Assembly (NCBI RefSeq): GCF_009914755.1
Contig: NC_060926.1
DNA: 64,000 nt
Source of the DNA: the human T2T-CHM13v2.0 reference genome, Homo sapiens
Strand: one strand, 5' to 3'
Position 1 is the stretch's first letter. Each line of letters opens with the position of its first letter. Below, piece after piece: positions 26,500-41,350 of the stretch. Under the pieces are notes generated by a model. It made no database searches. It was given only the letters and a program-made list of their open reading frames with translations, and had not been told where the DNA came from. Position numbers and translations under genes: made by a program.

Positions 26500-27490
26500 A
26501 ACGTTAGCGGAGACTCTTTTCTCTTCTTCTTCTCTCTCTAGGCAATCTCATTTCTTCTCATGGCTTTAAATATCATCTTTAGGCTGATGACTCTCAAGTG
26601 TATATGCCTAGCCCAGATCACTTTTCTAAAATGAGAGCTTGGATATTCAGCTGCCTACTCACGTCTCCACTTGCTGTCTCTCTGACATCTCCAACTTCAT
26701 ATGTGTAAAAGTGAACCCTTGATCTGGACCCCCTAACCCAAATCTTATCCTCCCACCATTTTCCCCATCTCAGTAAATGGCACCAGCCTCCACCCAGTTG
26801 TCAAGTCAGGAATCTGGGTGTCATTCCTGGCATTTCCTTCTCATTCACACCTCACATCCAATCCATCACCAAGTTCTGTTTATTCCACCTCCAAAATATT
26901 CATTGAGCTCCTCTATTCCTCTCCACCTTCATATCCACCACCCTCATTGAAGCTGCCATCATCTCTCATGGGGACTATTACAAATGCCCTCTAACTACTC
27001 TTCTTGCTTCCATGTTACCTGCCATCCTCCCATCCAACAGCCAGAGAGACACCTGAAAACTCAACATCTGACCATGTCATTCCCCTGCTTAAAACCCTTC
27101 AATGGGCTGGGCACGGTGGCTCATATCTGTAATCCAGCACTTAGGAAGGCTGAGATGGGAGGATCATTTGAGTCTAGGAGCTCAAGACCAGCCTGGGCAA
27201 CATAGTGAGACTTCGTCTCTACAAAAAATGTAAAAACAAAAATTCATTCAATGGTGTCTGTTGCAGTTAGATAAAGTCCAGGCTCCTTCTGAGATGCACA
27301 GGGTCCTGCATAATCTCTCTTCCCTCATCTGGTACCACCCTCCCCACTGCTCTACACGGGAGCCACACTGGCCTTTTCAGCTCTTCAAATGTACCGAGCT
27401 CCTTCCTGACACCTCTGCCTTGATTTGCCGTCCCCCAGCGCCCCCTCCCCTCAGTCTTTTAGTTCTCATCTCACATGCCATCTTTCCAAA
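26500..27490 (+). mobile_element. L2 fragment with FLAM insertion at about 27104-27240
   Basis: catggctttaaatatcatc...gctgatgactctcaa, ccccatctcagtaaatggcacca and cacatccaatccatcaccaagttctg. Confidence 0.88.
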
Positions 27491-27502
27491 GAAGCCATCA
27501 AT

Positions 27503-27820
27503 TTTAGTTATCTTTTGCTGCAAAACAAACCATCCCAAAACTTAGTGGTTAAAAACAACAACCATCTTATTTCTTGTAATTCTGTGAGTTGCCTGGGGCT
27601 TAGCGGGATGGTTCTTCTGCTGATCTTGCCTGTCAGGTGTTCACAGTGAGATGGCACCTGGGGCAGAAACATTCAAGATGGCTTCACTCACATGTCTGCC
27701 ATCATGGCAGGAACATCTCACCTGGTACACTGGGATGGCTGGGCCTCTCTGTGTCACCACAGGGCTCACTCTCCCAGTGGATTCTTCATATGATCTCTCC
27801 CAACAAGATGACCACACTGA
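27503..27820 (-). mobile_element. MLT1 (F-I-like) LTR fragment
   Basis: ttagttatcttttgctgcaaaacaaaccatcccaaaacttagtgg. Confidence 0.7.
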
Positions 27821-28082
27821 TTTGGGGCTGGAATTATCCCATTAAAAACTTTGTTAGAATAGAGAGCTGTGGATATTGGATATGTATACTTGTTAGTGTG
27901 AATAAATGGTTCCCAGGAGTGAATGGTGTAGTATACTGGAAAAGAACAAGGCTTTGGAGTCCAAAGTTCAAATCCCATCTCTACCATGTATGATTCTTGT
28001 TTATTCATTAAGGCTACTTTGGTTACTAACAATAGAAATGGATTCTGGCGAACTTAAGCCAAAAAGGGTGAATTTATTAGAA

Positions 28083-28142
28083 TGTATTAGAGTTCTTCAG
28101 AAAAACAGAATCCGTAGGATGGATATATATATATATATATAT

Positions 28143-28177
<35 letters not shown>

Positions 28178-28656
28178 AAGAGAGAGATTTACCAGGAGGG
28201 ATTGGCACACACAATTATGAAGGCTGAGAAATCTCACAATCTGCCATCTGTAAGCTGGAGGCCCAGGAACAGCAGTGGTGCAATTCCAGTCCAAACCCCA
28301 AAGCTGGAGAACTAGGGAGTGGGAGGGGGGAGGTGAAGGGGATGGGTAGGATATAAGATCTGGTCTGAGTCAGAAAGTCCAAGAACCAGGAGCACAGATA
28401 TCCAAGAGCGGGAAAACCTGGATGTCTCGGCTCAGACAGCAAGAAAATATACACTTCCCCTGCTTTTTTATTCCATTCAGGCCCTCAGCAGATTTGATTG
28501 TGCCCACCTGCATTGGCAAGGACGATCTTCCTTAGTCAGTCTACCAATTCAAATGCTAATCTCTTCTGGAAACACTCTCACAGACACACCCAGAAATAAT
28601 GTTTTACCAGCTATATCATAGACCAGTCAAGTTAACACATAAAACTAACTATTACA
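28083..28656 (-). mobile_element. MLT2B-like ERVL LTR with (AT)n(AG)n microsatellite
   Basis: ttcagaaaaacagaa, ggctgagaaatctcacaatctgccatctg and cagtcaagttaacacataaaa motifs. Confidence 0.88.
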
Positions 28657-28680
28657 GATCACATGGAAGGGTTGACAACC

Positions 28681-28691
28681 ATGACTCAGCA
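28681..28691 (+). promoter_or_regulatory. consensus ARE/MARE (ATGACTCAGCA)
   Basis: Exact match to the NRF2/NFE2-sMAF motif; function untested. Confidence 0.3.
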
Positions 28692-28773
28692 GTAGGAGCC
28701 TTTTTTCCAGAGTGTTGCTACTAACCTTTCTCAACCTTAATGATTTCTGTGTCTCTCTCTCATTCTTTAAAGT

Positions 28774-29078
28774 CTTTTTTTTTTTTTTTTTTTTTGAGAC
28801 AGAGATTCGCTCTTGTTGCCGAGGCTGAAGTGCAATGGAACAATCTCGGCTCACCACAACCTTCACCTCCTGGGTTCAAGCAATTCTCCTGCCTCAGCCT
28901 CCTGAGTAGCTGGGATTACAGGTGCCTGCCACCACGCCCGGCTAATTTTGTATTTTTAGTAGAGACGGGGTTTCACCATGTTGGTCAGGCTGGTCTCGAA
29001 CTCCTGACCTCAGGTGATCCACCCGCTTCAGCCTCCCAAAGTGCTGGGATTACAGGCGTTGAGCCACTGTGCCTGGCC
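28774..29078 (-). mobile_element. AluSp/Sq
   Basis: Full dimer, ctcttgttgcc diagnostic, TSD about aagtctt. Confidence 0.96.
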
Positions 29079-29144
29079 TCTAATTTTAAGTCTTACATTT
29101 TCATCTGTCTCAAGACTGTTTGACCCAGCTTGGTTCAAGTATCA

Positions 29145-29458
<314 letters not shown>

Positions 29459-29589
29459 TTCCTTCATTGGCCAACCAGCTAAGGCTACAGGGTACAGTTA
29501 CATGGTACAGGGCAGGCTGCCAGGGGCGCCGGAGGATGGGGTACACAGCCAGGAAAGGGAAATCAGCGTGAGGCAGGTGGGGAACCCAA

Positions 29590-29750
29590 GATGGGTCAAC
29601 TACACTAGGTCAAGTTACTGGTAAGCCTCAGTTTTCTTACATATAAGGTAGGATAATCTACTTCTTAAAGTTATTGTAAGGATTAATCAAAATAATGTCA
29701 AAAAGTGCCTAACACATAGTAAACACTAAGTTTATGGTTAAGTGTTGTTA
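29590..29750 (+). mobile_element. MIR
   Basis: aagcctcagttttcttacatataagg...gttattgtaaggattaa...aaagtgcctaacacatagtaa. Confidence 0.75.
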
Positions 29751-29769
29751 TTTTTAAAAAACAGTGTAT

Positions 29770-29882
29770 TTTATTTATTTTATATTTTTTAAAGAGATGG
29801 GGTTCTTGCTGTGTTGCCCAGGCTGGTCTCAAACTCCTGGACTCAAGCGATCCTCCCACCTCAGCTTCCCAAAGTGCTGGGA
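29770..29882 (-). mobile_element. FLAM/AluJ monomer
   Basis: Left-arm Alu sequence only. Confidence 0.9.
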
Positions 29883-29974
29883 AAAATAATTTTAATACTG
29901 GTGAAGAACTGAATGAACTAGTAATAGCTTCAAAACATCATCAAAATCTTAAAGAAAGGTTCTGGGCTCACCTT

Positions 29975-30940
29975 ATACTTGTCTTGATCCAGCCCTGGAA
30001 TCAGCCATTTCTCCAAGGAGCTCTCATTCCTTTTATGAAAAATGGTATTCAAAAACCAAGACCTGGTCCCTAGATGTGCTCACTGCTATTAGGGTGTCAC
30101 TGTTTCCAGGTGTGGTGTTCTTAGGGGACAGAGCTGGGGAACACACATGTGCACACACACATTTATAATGTATAATGTATAATTATACATTATAACACAT
30201 AATTATTATGTATAATGTGTGCACACACACATTATTTGGCATTGATGGGCGTTCATTTCCCTCCAGCAGAGTAAGACAGAGAAGATGCAGCCTGAGTGGT
30301 TTCCCTTCTTTAAAAAAAAAAAATCTGTTGGTGAAAGCTGCTTTCTTGTGTAGCTTTAATTTGCATTTCTCTTACTGTGAGTGAGTTCGAGCATCTTTTC
30401 AGAGACTTAAAGCTGGTTGTATTTCTCTTTCCTTGAGTGGTTGGTGCACAATCTTTACCCATGTTTTTATTGGCTTATTGTTCTTTTATTCTTGTTATTA
30501 TCGTGATCATTGTTGATTTAGAACCTCTAAATGTGATGGCACTTAGCCCTGTATGAGTCATAAATATTTTTCCCAATTGGTCACTTATCTATTGACTTTT
30601 TTGAAGATAGTTTGCCATGCAGATAGTCTTTGTTATATAATCACATGTACCACTGTTTTATAGCTTTCTAGGTTGTTTTACACCAACAAAAGATTACTAA
30701 AATTCATTTCCTTATGGTTTCTTCTAGTATGTGCTTTTAAATTTTGTTTATTTATACATTTAGATACTGGACACATTTGAAACGTATACTAATCCAACTT
30801 CATTTTTTTCGCAGAGGGCAACCCCATATATTGAATCATTTCTCTTTCCTTCCTGGTTTGAAATGCTGCCTTTCGTGCACGTTACATTCCTATAACTTCT
30901 GCATTTGGGCCTATTTCTGGGATTTCTGTTCTGGTCCATG
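29975..30940 (-). mobile_element. old L1M (L1MC/ME-like) fragments
   Basis: ccagccctggaatcagccatttctccaaggag; ttttaatttgcatttctctt-like ORF2 antisense. Confidence 0.7.
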
Positions 30941-31199
30941 GATCTCTCACTTTATCTCCCCTATGTCTCTGGCCACTCCTTCTCAGCCTCCTTTTCTGGC
31001 CCCTCCTGCCTTCCCCTCCCCTCCTCTTTGTCGCAGCGTCCCCTCCTGTTCTATCAAGACACATTTTCCTTCTCTGTCCCACGCTGATTTCATCGGCTTC
31101 AGGGCTTCCATATCAGCTTGGGCTGAAACTAATGTGGCATTTGTATCTCTAGCCTGGCACCCTCTCCTGAACTACAGACTCATGGAGCCAGTGTCCTCT

Positions 31200-32060
<861 letters not shown>

Positions 32061-32218
32061 GGACTCCTGTCTCTACCAATGCATCTTCTTTGAATAACTG
32101 TATATAAACCTATCGACTTAAACTTCTATAAGACTTACATAAGCTTTAGACTTATGTAGACATAGAAGTTGATCATATATGATACTTGGACATACATTTA
32201 AACATGTAAGAAAAATGA

Positions 32219-32440
32219 AGCTGGACACGGTGACTCACACCTGTAATCCCAGCTGTAATCTACTGAAAATAGAAAAATTAGCCCGGCTGGTGGTGCGCAC
32301 CTGCAATCCCAGCTGAGGTTGAGGCATGAGGACCGCTTGAGTGTGGGAGGTGGAGGTTACAACGAGCTGAGATTGCACCACTGCACTCCAGCCTGGGTGA
32401 CAGAGCAAGGCTCTGCTAAAAACAAAAAACAAAAACCTAA
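32219..32440 (+). mobile_element. Alu with most of the left arm (B box) deleted
   Basis: cccagc|tgtaatc|tactgaaaat junction. Confidence 0.9.
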
Positions 32441-32719
32441 AAAGATAAGCAAAATTGAAATTGACGGTAGTCCTAAAATTTCCTCATATTCAGAGCTTAT
32501 CTCTTCTGAATCTTATTTTGATTCTGACCATTGATGTTCTTGTTTTTCCAAACAACATTGTTCTCTGTGCCTTCAAGAGTGCTCGTTTGATGGTACAGCA
32601 TTTTTTAAAAGAGTGCCCTACTATTGCCTCCAGGCCTTCTTCCAAGCTTCCAACAATCTTGGCTAGTGCTGTGTATATGGACAGGTGAGGACAACTGCGT
32701 CATGACTGTCACCTCGATG

Positions 32720-32815
32720 ACAGGGATGTAAGACACACCTCGATTTCAGAGATGTGTAATTGTAAAAACAACAACAACAACAACAAACAGGAAACAGAAT
32801 CAGTGAATTATGGTA
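32720..32815. mobile_element. MER104-like DNA transposon fragment
   Basis: tgtaagacacacctcgatttcagagatg...tcagtgaattatggta. Confidence 0.5.
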
Positions 32816-33715
32816 CTCTCTGGTTGGGCTAATTCCCTCTACTTACTCTTCTTTTCCACAATTTTTTCTAGTTATTTTTGCTTATTTTTCCTTTATGAGT
32901 AAAGTCAGGGAATGTTATTTGTATAAATAGATGACAAAAAATGGCAAATAAATAAACAATAATAGAAGGCAGAATCAGACCTAATTACTTGGTTAATTAT
33001 TTCACGTACCAATTCTAAGTGCCTTTTGCCTCAGAGTGGAATTAACAGATACCAGGTAGTCCCCCTACCCTCATCCCATGCTCTTGGCCAATATTGCTAA
33101 TTCATCAAGGTCCTATTTTTCACTGATACCAGTGGAGGCCTTAGACTCTTTCTCAGCGCAGCATTCCAAGTGGCCATTACCAGTTGATTAGAGTTGGTAA
33201 ATGGAATTAAATTCTCCAAAGCCAACAGTCACCCAAGGCATGTGGATATGAAAAGTAGAGAAGTCTAAATCTGTTATCAGTTCTTCAACAATGCAGGATG
33301 CATCACTACCCTTCCTTTGGGACAAATCATATCCCTGTATCAACTGAAGGACATTAAAGGACTTCCCCATCACCACATATACACAGCTAGACCAACTGAG
33401 TTCAGAGCCCTGGACTACCCATAAGTCGAGTCATGCAAGACTCCTCTTTAGCAAAGCAGAAAGGCCAGCTATTTTTAGTTCTACAGTGTTCTCTTTTCCC
33501 AGCCTGAAGTGTTCAGCACCTCCGCTTACGCTCCGATTCACATTGAAGAGTAAATGACTGCTAGCCCAATCAGACCCTCCCAGGAGCCCAACACCTTTTC
33601 ATAAGCAGTGCTTCTGAATCATCTGGGCATCTTGTTGCAATGCAGACTGTGGTTGGGTAAGCCCGGAGTTGGGCTTGGTAATGCTGGTTCAAAGACCAGA
33701 GAAGCAAGGTGCTAA

Positions 33716-34095
33716 GTATATTTGTCAGCTCATAACAAAATACCACAGTCTGGTGGCTTAAGCAACAGAAATTTACTTCTCACAGTTATGGAGGCTAGAA
33801 GTCCAAGACCAAGGTGCCAACAAGGCAGTATTTATTATGATGAGGCCTCTCCTCTTCGCTTGTAGGCAGCCACCATCATGTTGTGCTCTCATATAGCCTC
33901 TTTCTTGTGCAAGTGAGGAGACAGAGTGAACTCTGGTCTCATAAGGACACGAATCCTATCAGATCACAGCCCCATCTTTAGAACCTCATTTAACCTTAAT
34001 TACTTCCTTAGAGGCCCTATCTCCAATTACAGTCACCCTGGGGGTTAGGGCTTCAACATCTGTATCCCAGTGGGAGGACACAGTCAGTCCATAAC
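33716..34095 (-). mobile_element. MLT1A/B-like LTR
   Basis: ataacaaaataccacagtctggtggcttaagcaacagaaattt...acctcatttaaccttaattac. Confidence 0.88.
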
Positions 34096-34781
34096 TAAGG
34101 AACAGAACACTGGGGAGAAAAATCCTACTTTGTTGGGACACTGGAAAATGCGAGTATTCTCTGGACACCTACACCAGCCTCTCCTCAACACCTGAAGCAA
34201 CCAACCTGGAGGATTCATCAGTGACTAAGGCCAGCAATGTTGTGTTGCTGGCAGGAAAGATACATTGTCTAATTATGAATCTCAGCATCCTAGAATTATG
34301 GGGAGAAGCCAGTTCTCAATTTGTTTTAACAGAGCTTCTCTCTGTAGCAGTTCCAGCCAAATAAGCCAACTCTGCAGGTTCCAGGCAAAGAAGGGTTTGT
34401 TATGGGCTATATTTAGTGCCCAGGTGGCAGGTGGGTATCTGCCATGCTGAGCCCAGCACTACATGCTCACCACTGCAGCATGTCAGGATGACTCCCAAGG
34501 GCTTTTGTGGCAACATGGAAGTTCCCATGGCCAGGTGCCTCCCCCTCTACCCTGGATGGCTTTGGAAAACCTGCCTCAGGTGTCACTGTGCCTTTTTATG
34601 GGCACCATGCACTGGACCTACTGGCTTTGTAAAGGCCTGCAGAAACGCTCTGGTTTGAATGTGTCTCCCAAAAGTCATATGTTGGAAACTTAATCCCCAA
34701 TGGAGCAGTGTTGAGAGATAAGGCCTAAGGGGGATGTGTTTAGGTCACGAGGGTTTCTCATGAATGGATTAATGTTGATTA

Positions 34782-35452
<671 letters not shown>

Positions 35453-35696
35453 CTAGGGGTTCACTCTCTTGCCTTCTCTTGACCTTCTGCTTTTCTCCAT
35501 GGGATGGTGCAGAAAGAAGGCCCTTGCCAGATGACAGCCCCTCACTCTTGAACTTCCTAGCCTTCAGAAGCCCAGAGAAGATATATAGCCACTTAATCAC
35601 TGTGCATTCATTCATCCAATAGTAATTGAGCACCTACTCTGCCCTAGGCATTGGGCTTAGCCTTGGCCACACAGCAGTGAGCAACAATGGATATTC

Positions 35697-36022
<326 letters not shown>

Positions 36023-36144
36023 TAACTGCCTCGTGGGGCACACAGAAGTCAGGCACAGCTGCTAAGCAGATGTTAACAGGACCACTTGGAACCAGTGGGA
36101 GTTGCTGAGAAGTAGAGGTGGGGTTATTGGTCACAGGAAGGGGT

Positions 36145-36665
36145 ATGTCTTAGTTCATTTTGTGCTACTGTAACAGAATGTCTGAGACTGGGTAATTTAT
36201 AAAGAACAGAGATTTATTGTAATACAATTCTGGAGGCTGGGAAGTCCAAGGTTTAGGGGCTTACATCTGGCAAGTGCCTTCTTGCTGCATTATAACATAG
36301 CAGAAGGCATCACGTTGCGGGTGGGGAACATCCACTTCCAAGATGGTTCCTCACATGCCTGCCAAGTTAGTGCTGGTTGCTGCCTAGCGGCCTCAGTTCA
36401 TCACCACAAGAACTCCACAGGGCTAAGTGTCCTCCTGACATGGTGGCTATATTCCTCCAGAGCAGGCAATCCAAGAGAGCACAAACTAGAAATCACAATG
36501 TCTCATATGACCTAGCCTTGGAATTCAATTCGCACTATGTCATTTCTGTAACGTCCTGTTGGTTACACAGATTGACTCTACTCAATGAGGGAGAGGCCTA
36601 TACAGTGGTATGAGGACCATGAGGTGAGGATCACTGGGGGGCCATCCTAGAAGCTGGCTACCAAG
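36145..36665 (-). mobile_element. MST fragment fused to MLT1E/F-like fragment
   Basis: tgtcttagttcattttgtgct...gagactgggtaatttataaagaacag; then ttccaagatgg...ggccatcctagaagctggctacca. Confidence 0.7.
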
Positions 36666-37195
36666 GGCTCAGGTGTCATGCTCTGTATGTAAGTGTGAAT
36701 TCAGAGGAGGGAACAGTCTCTGGGATAACTAGGATTGGTTTAATGAAAGAGGTTGACTTGCTCTGTATCCTGAAGGGTAAGTAGCAACTGGAGAGTTGTC
36801 CGTGGATGAAGGGACATCAGGCCAGGAGGGAGCACAGCATGAGCAAAGGCATAGAGGCAGCAACGGGCATCGTGAATTGTGAATCAGAGAGGAGAGTGGA
36901 ATGGCTGGAGCAGCAAGTGCACGTAGTAAAGTAAAGGTAATAACACAATGGAGTTGGGTGACATCAAAGTTAAGAGGGCTTTGGAAGCCAGGCAGTGGCG
37001 TTCAGTTTTGATGGGTTGTTAAGGATCAATGATGAGTGCTACAATGGTCATGATGATGAAAGTGGTGCTTCAGGAAGCATAATCTAGGGACAGCATATAG
37101 ACACCTCAGCCTGGGGAGAGACTAAAGGCAGAGGCAGGAGCCTTGACCTTATGAGAAGCTGAATTAAGATACTGGAATTAAGAATGGAAAAGGAG

Positions 37196-37526
<331 letters not shown>

Positions 37527-38295
37527 TTACTACAAATGAAGAATTGACACTACCCCCAATAGACTGGGACCCGGAGGCTGGGATAAGATGGATTGAAACT
37601 CACTTTCTCCATGGTCAAAATGGAGAAGTAGCACTTGCTGTGTTCACCTCCTGGAACTGAGCTGAGCATCACATGAGACAATGGCTGTGAAACCACTTGG
37701 ATAGGAGAGAAGTTTTAAACACCAAAGGGATTATTGTTATATGAATGATTCACTTGTAGATAGTACTTATTTTAGGACTGAGGGAGGTAAGGTTTGGGGA
37801 AGAATAGGGCATATCTGTGAACATGTCTGCCCAGCTCCTCCTCCCTCTAACCTTCCAACCTGATGGATCTCAAACCTAACCCAAATCTTCCCCCCTTTCT
37901 TAGTCTTTGCCCACCTTTCTCCCAATGACCCAGCTTCAATCTGGGCACCTGACTCCAGGTATCTTAGGGATCTGAAATGTTCTTTTTCACTCTACTCTAC
38001 TACAAGCACACAATAGTCAGAAGACTGTGCCAGGGAGTGTGTTTGCCCTGGCTAGCTCTGGCCAGTTACTGCTATTGGCTGCGCAGCTTGGGAGACTGGG
38101 TCATGTGGGGCCTGAAGCTGTACCAGAAATGGCCTAGTCAGGAGACACTGACCCAACTGGTGGGCTCTGACCTGCAGTGTCTTAATCTTCACATCTGTCT
38201 AATGTCTTCTGGCCCACTCAGTTCCTTGCCAGAAGTTAATCTGCAGTGAAAACAAAGCTGTCTCCTCTTCACTGTGCTCACCCTTCACTGTCCTG

Positions 38296-38667
38296 TGTTA
38301 TGCTATAGACTGAATGTTTGTTTGTGTCCCCCACAAATTCACATGTTGAAACCTAATCCCCAAGGTGATGCTGTTGAGGTGAGGCCTTTGGGAGGTGATT
38401 AGGTCATGAGGGCAGAGCCCTCATGAATGAAATTGGTGGCCCTATAGAAGAGACCCCAGAGAGCTCCCTCACCTCCCTCCACCATGTGAGGACACAGTGC
38501 AAAGACAGCCGTCTAAGAACTAGGTTACAGGCCCTCACCAGACACTGAATATGCTGGTGCCTTGATCTTGGACTTCGCAACCCCTAGAACTGTGAGAAAT
38601 CAATTTTATTGTTTCTAAGCTACGCAGGCTATGGTATTCTGTTACAGCAGCCTGATTGGACTGAGAC
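38296..38667 (+). mobile_element. MLT1A-like LTR
   Basis: tgctatagactgaatgtttg...cccacaaattcacatgttgaaacctaatccc...gttacagcagcc. Confidence 0.9.
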
Positions 38668-39479
38668 CTGTTAACCATGATGAGATTCTGGATTTATACT
38701 GCCCTCGTCATTTCCAATACTTTCACAAACATTATCATGAGGGCGTGTATAGCAAAGGTTAGCACTGTTATGCATGGGTTGAAATCCCAGCTTCCCAACT
38801 TGCCAACCAATTACTTTGTTCTGCAGGCCTTGGTCTCCTCATCTATGAAATGGGATAGCAATAAGCCTTACCTCTGTGAGTAGCTGTGAGGATTGGCTGA
38901 GGCTCCCTGGGGTGCCTGGAGCGTCATGGCAATGGGGCAAGGCCCTCCACTCAAAGTGCCTGTAGGCTGGTTGGAGAGATGTGTGAACAGAAAAAAGTTG
39001 GCTTTTTTGGGCTGCCTGGGCTTTTGTTAATAAATTTCCAGTGGGACGTTTCCGCACTTGCCTTTTTTTAGAGACATGAAGAGAGGAGAATTGAAAACAT
39101 TTCCTATGTTGAAATGAAAGGCACTATTTAATCTTGTCACCATCTGCCTTGCTCCAGGCTGGGAGCCCACAGGCCCGGCTCCCTGTTTCCTAGCGACAGG
39201 GCCGCACACCTTTCTTGGTGCAGCAAAACGCACACCTTCCCCGGTGGAGGAAAACATTCCCTAGGCAACTGCAGGGAAGGCTCTTGCGCAGGGAACTGGG
39301 AAGGAGCTGCCCCAGACCACAAGTGTGGCCCAGCCTTCCCTGGGCATTTTTCTCCAACCAAACAGGACACCCTATTCTCCCTTCCCAGAGCCACACGGCA
39401 GCAGGGGCAGCCCTTAATTGATTTATGAAGTCCTTGAAGTGACCCTCAGTGCCCCAAGTCCCCTCTTCTTCCTCAGCAA

Positions 39480-40165
<686 letters not shown>

Positions 40166-40470
40166 GACCACGATTCAACCCACTGCAGGGGCTATCATTT
40201 TACCTGGACTCCTCCTGTCTGGGAGAAAAGATTTAATAAGCTACTGGGAGAGATAGTATGTGGGATACACCTTCATCCATGGCCAAGGGGTGTATATTTT
40301 GAAAGTGGGTCTCAGGACAGGGGAACACCCTAACCAAAGAGGACGTCACCCACTTGGTAGAGTATTAGGTATGGTGATATTTTCTGGCTGGTGCCTTCCT
40401 GGTTATCTTGCTGCTCATAGAGAACCAGCCATGCCCTGTGCAGCTGTGTAAACAGGAGAGGGTCACCAGC

Positions 40471-40641
40471 ATGGTTCTCCTAGCGGGGAGGCTCCTGTGC
40501 CTCTGTCTGCTTCCTGCAGGGCTCTGTCGAAGCCCTTCTTCCTCTGGGGCAGGGTGCCGGTCACTTGAGTGCCCCACCGGTGGTTCTGGCCCACTTGGAA
40601 TTGGGTGTGTAAGGGGCTCTGGAAAGGACTGCTGCTCTTGA
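40471..40641 (+). CDS. hypothetical 56-aa cysteine-rich small ORF (beta-defensin-like Cys spacing); unverified
   Basis: Kozak ccAgcATGG; hydrophobic N-terminus; C-x9-C-x4-C-x11-C-x7-CC; no expression or homology evidence. Confidence 0.12.
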   Translation: MVLLAGRLLCLCLLPAGLCRSPSSSGAGCRSLECPTGGSGPLGIGCVRGSGKDCCS

Positions 40642-40839
40642 CCTTCCCATTTGCTGACAAGACAGCAGCCTGCAAATCCAAGTGGGTCCCCAGTTCCCCA
40701 AATATCCCTCGAACTGAGGGCTAAAATCTGGCCATCTGAAATCCATGTCTTTTTGTTCTTATTTTTATTTTTTAAAATGTCATTTGCAAAAACAAAACAA
40801 AACAAAACCCCGAAAACACCCCACAAAATGATCACATGT

Positions 40840-41350
40840 GTTTATTTTTATTTGAACAGGTATTACATTCTTATAGTTCCAGATTCAAAAGGAACAAAAG
40901 GATATTCTGTGAAAATTCTCCCTCCCACTCCTGTCTCTCAACCACCTGGTTTAGCTCTCCAGAAACCATCAATATTTCAGCTTTCAGTATTTTGTATTTT
41001 CCAGAGATATATGTACAGTCATATATTTTCTTTTCCCCTTCTTCTCTGCATAAATGACGGCTATTATACCTAGTTTTGTAACTTGCTGTTTTCACCTCAC
41101 AATATTTTCGAGGGTCTTTCCATATCAGCCAAACACAGCCTGACCGTATTTGTATTAAGCTGCAGAAACATCCATTGATACTCCAGTTGATAATCTATTG
41201 CTGTGTGAGCATTACCCAATCCCCTACTGATGGATACATAGACTGTTTCCCTATGTTCCCTGCGGCAATGAATAACTATATATGCTCAGGTCATGCATGT
41301 GTGGGAATAAATCTATAAGGATAATTGCTAGAAGTGGCATATCTGGGCTT
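40840..41350 (-). mobile_element. L1ME-like 3' fragment
   Basis: ttgctgttttcacctcacaatatt, cccctactgatggataca and attgctagaagtggcat. Confidence 0.7.

Noticed and set aside
39043-39053. NF-kB-like gggacgtttcc
   Set aside because: One base longer than canonical GGGACTTTCC; weak on its own.
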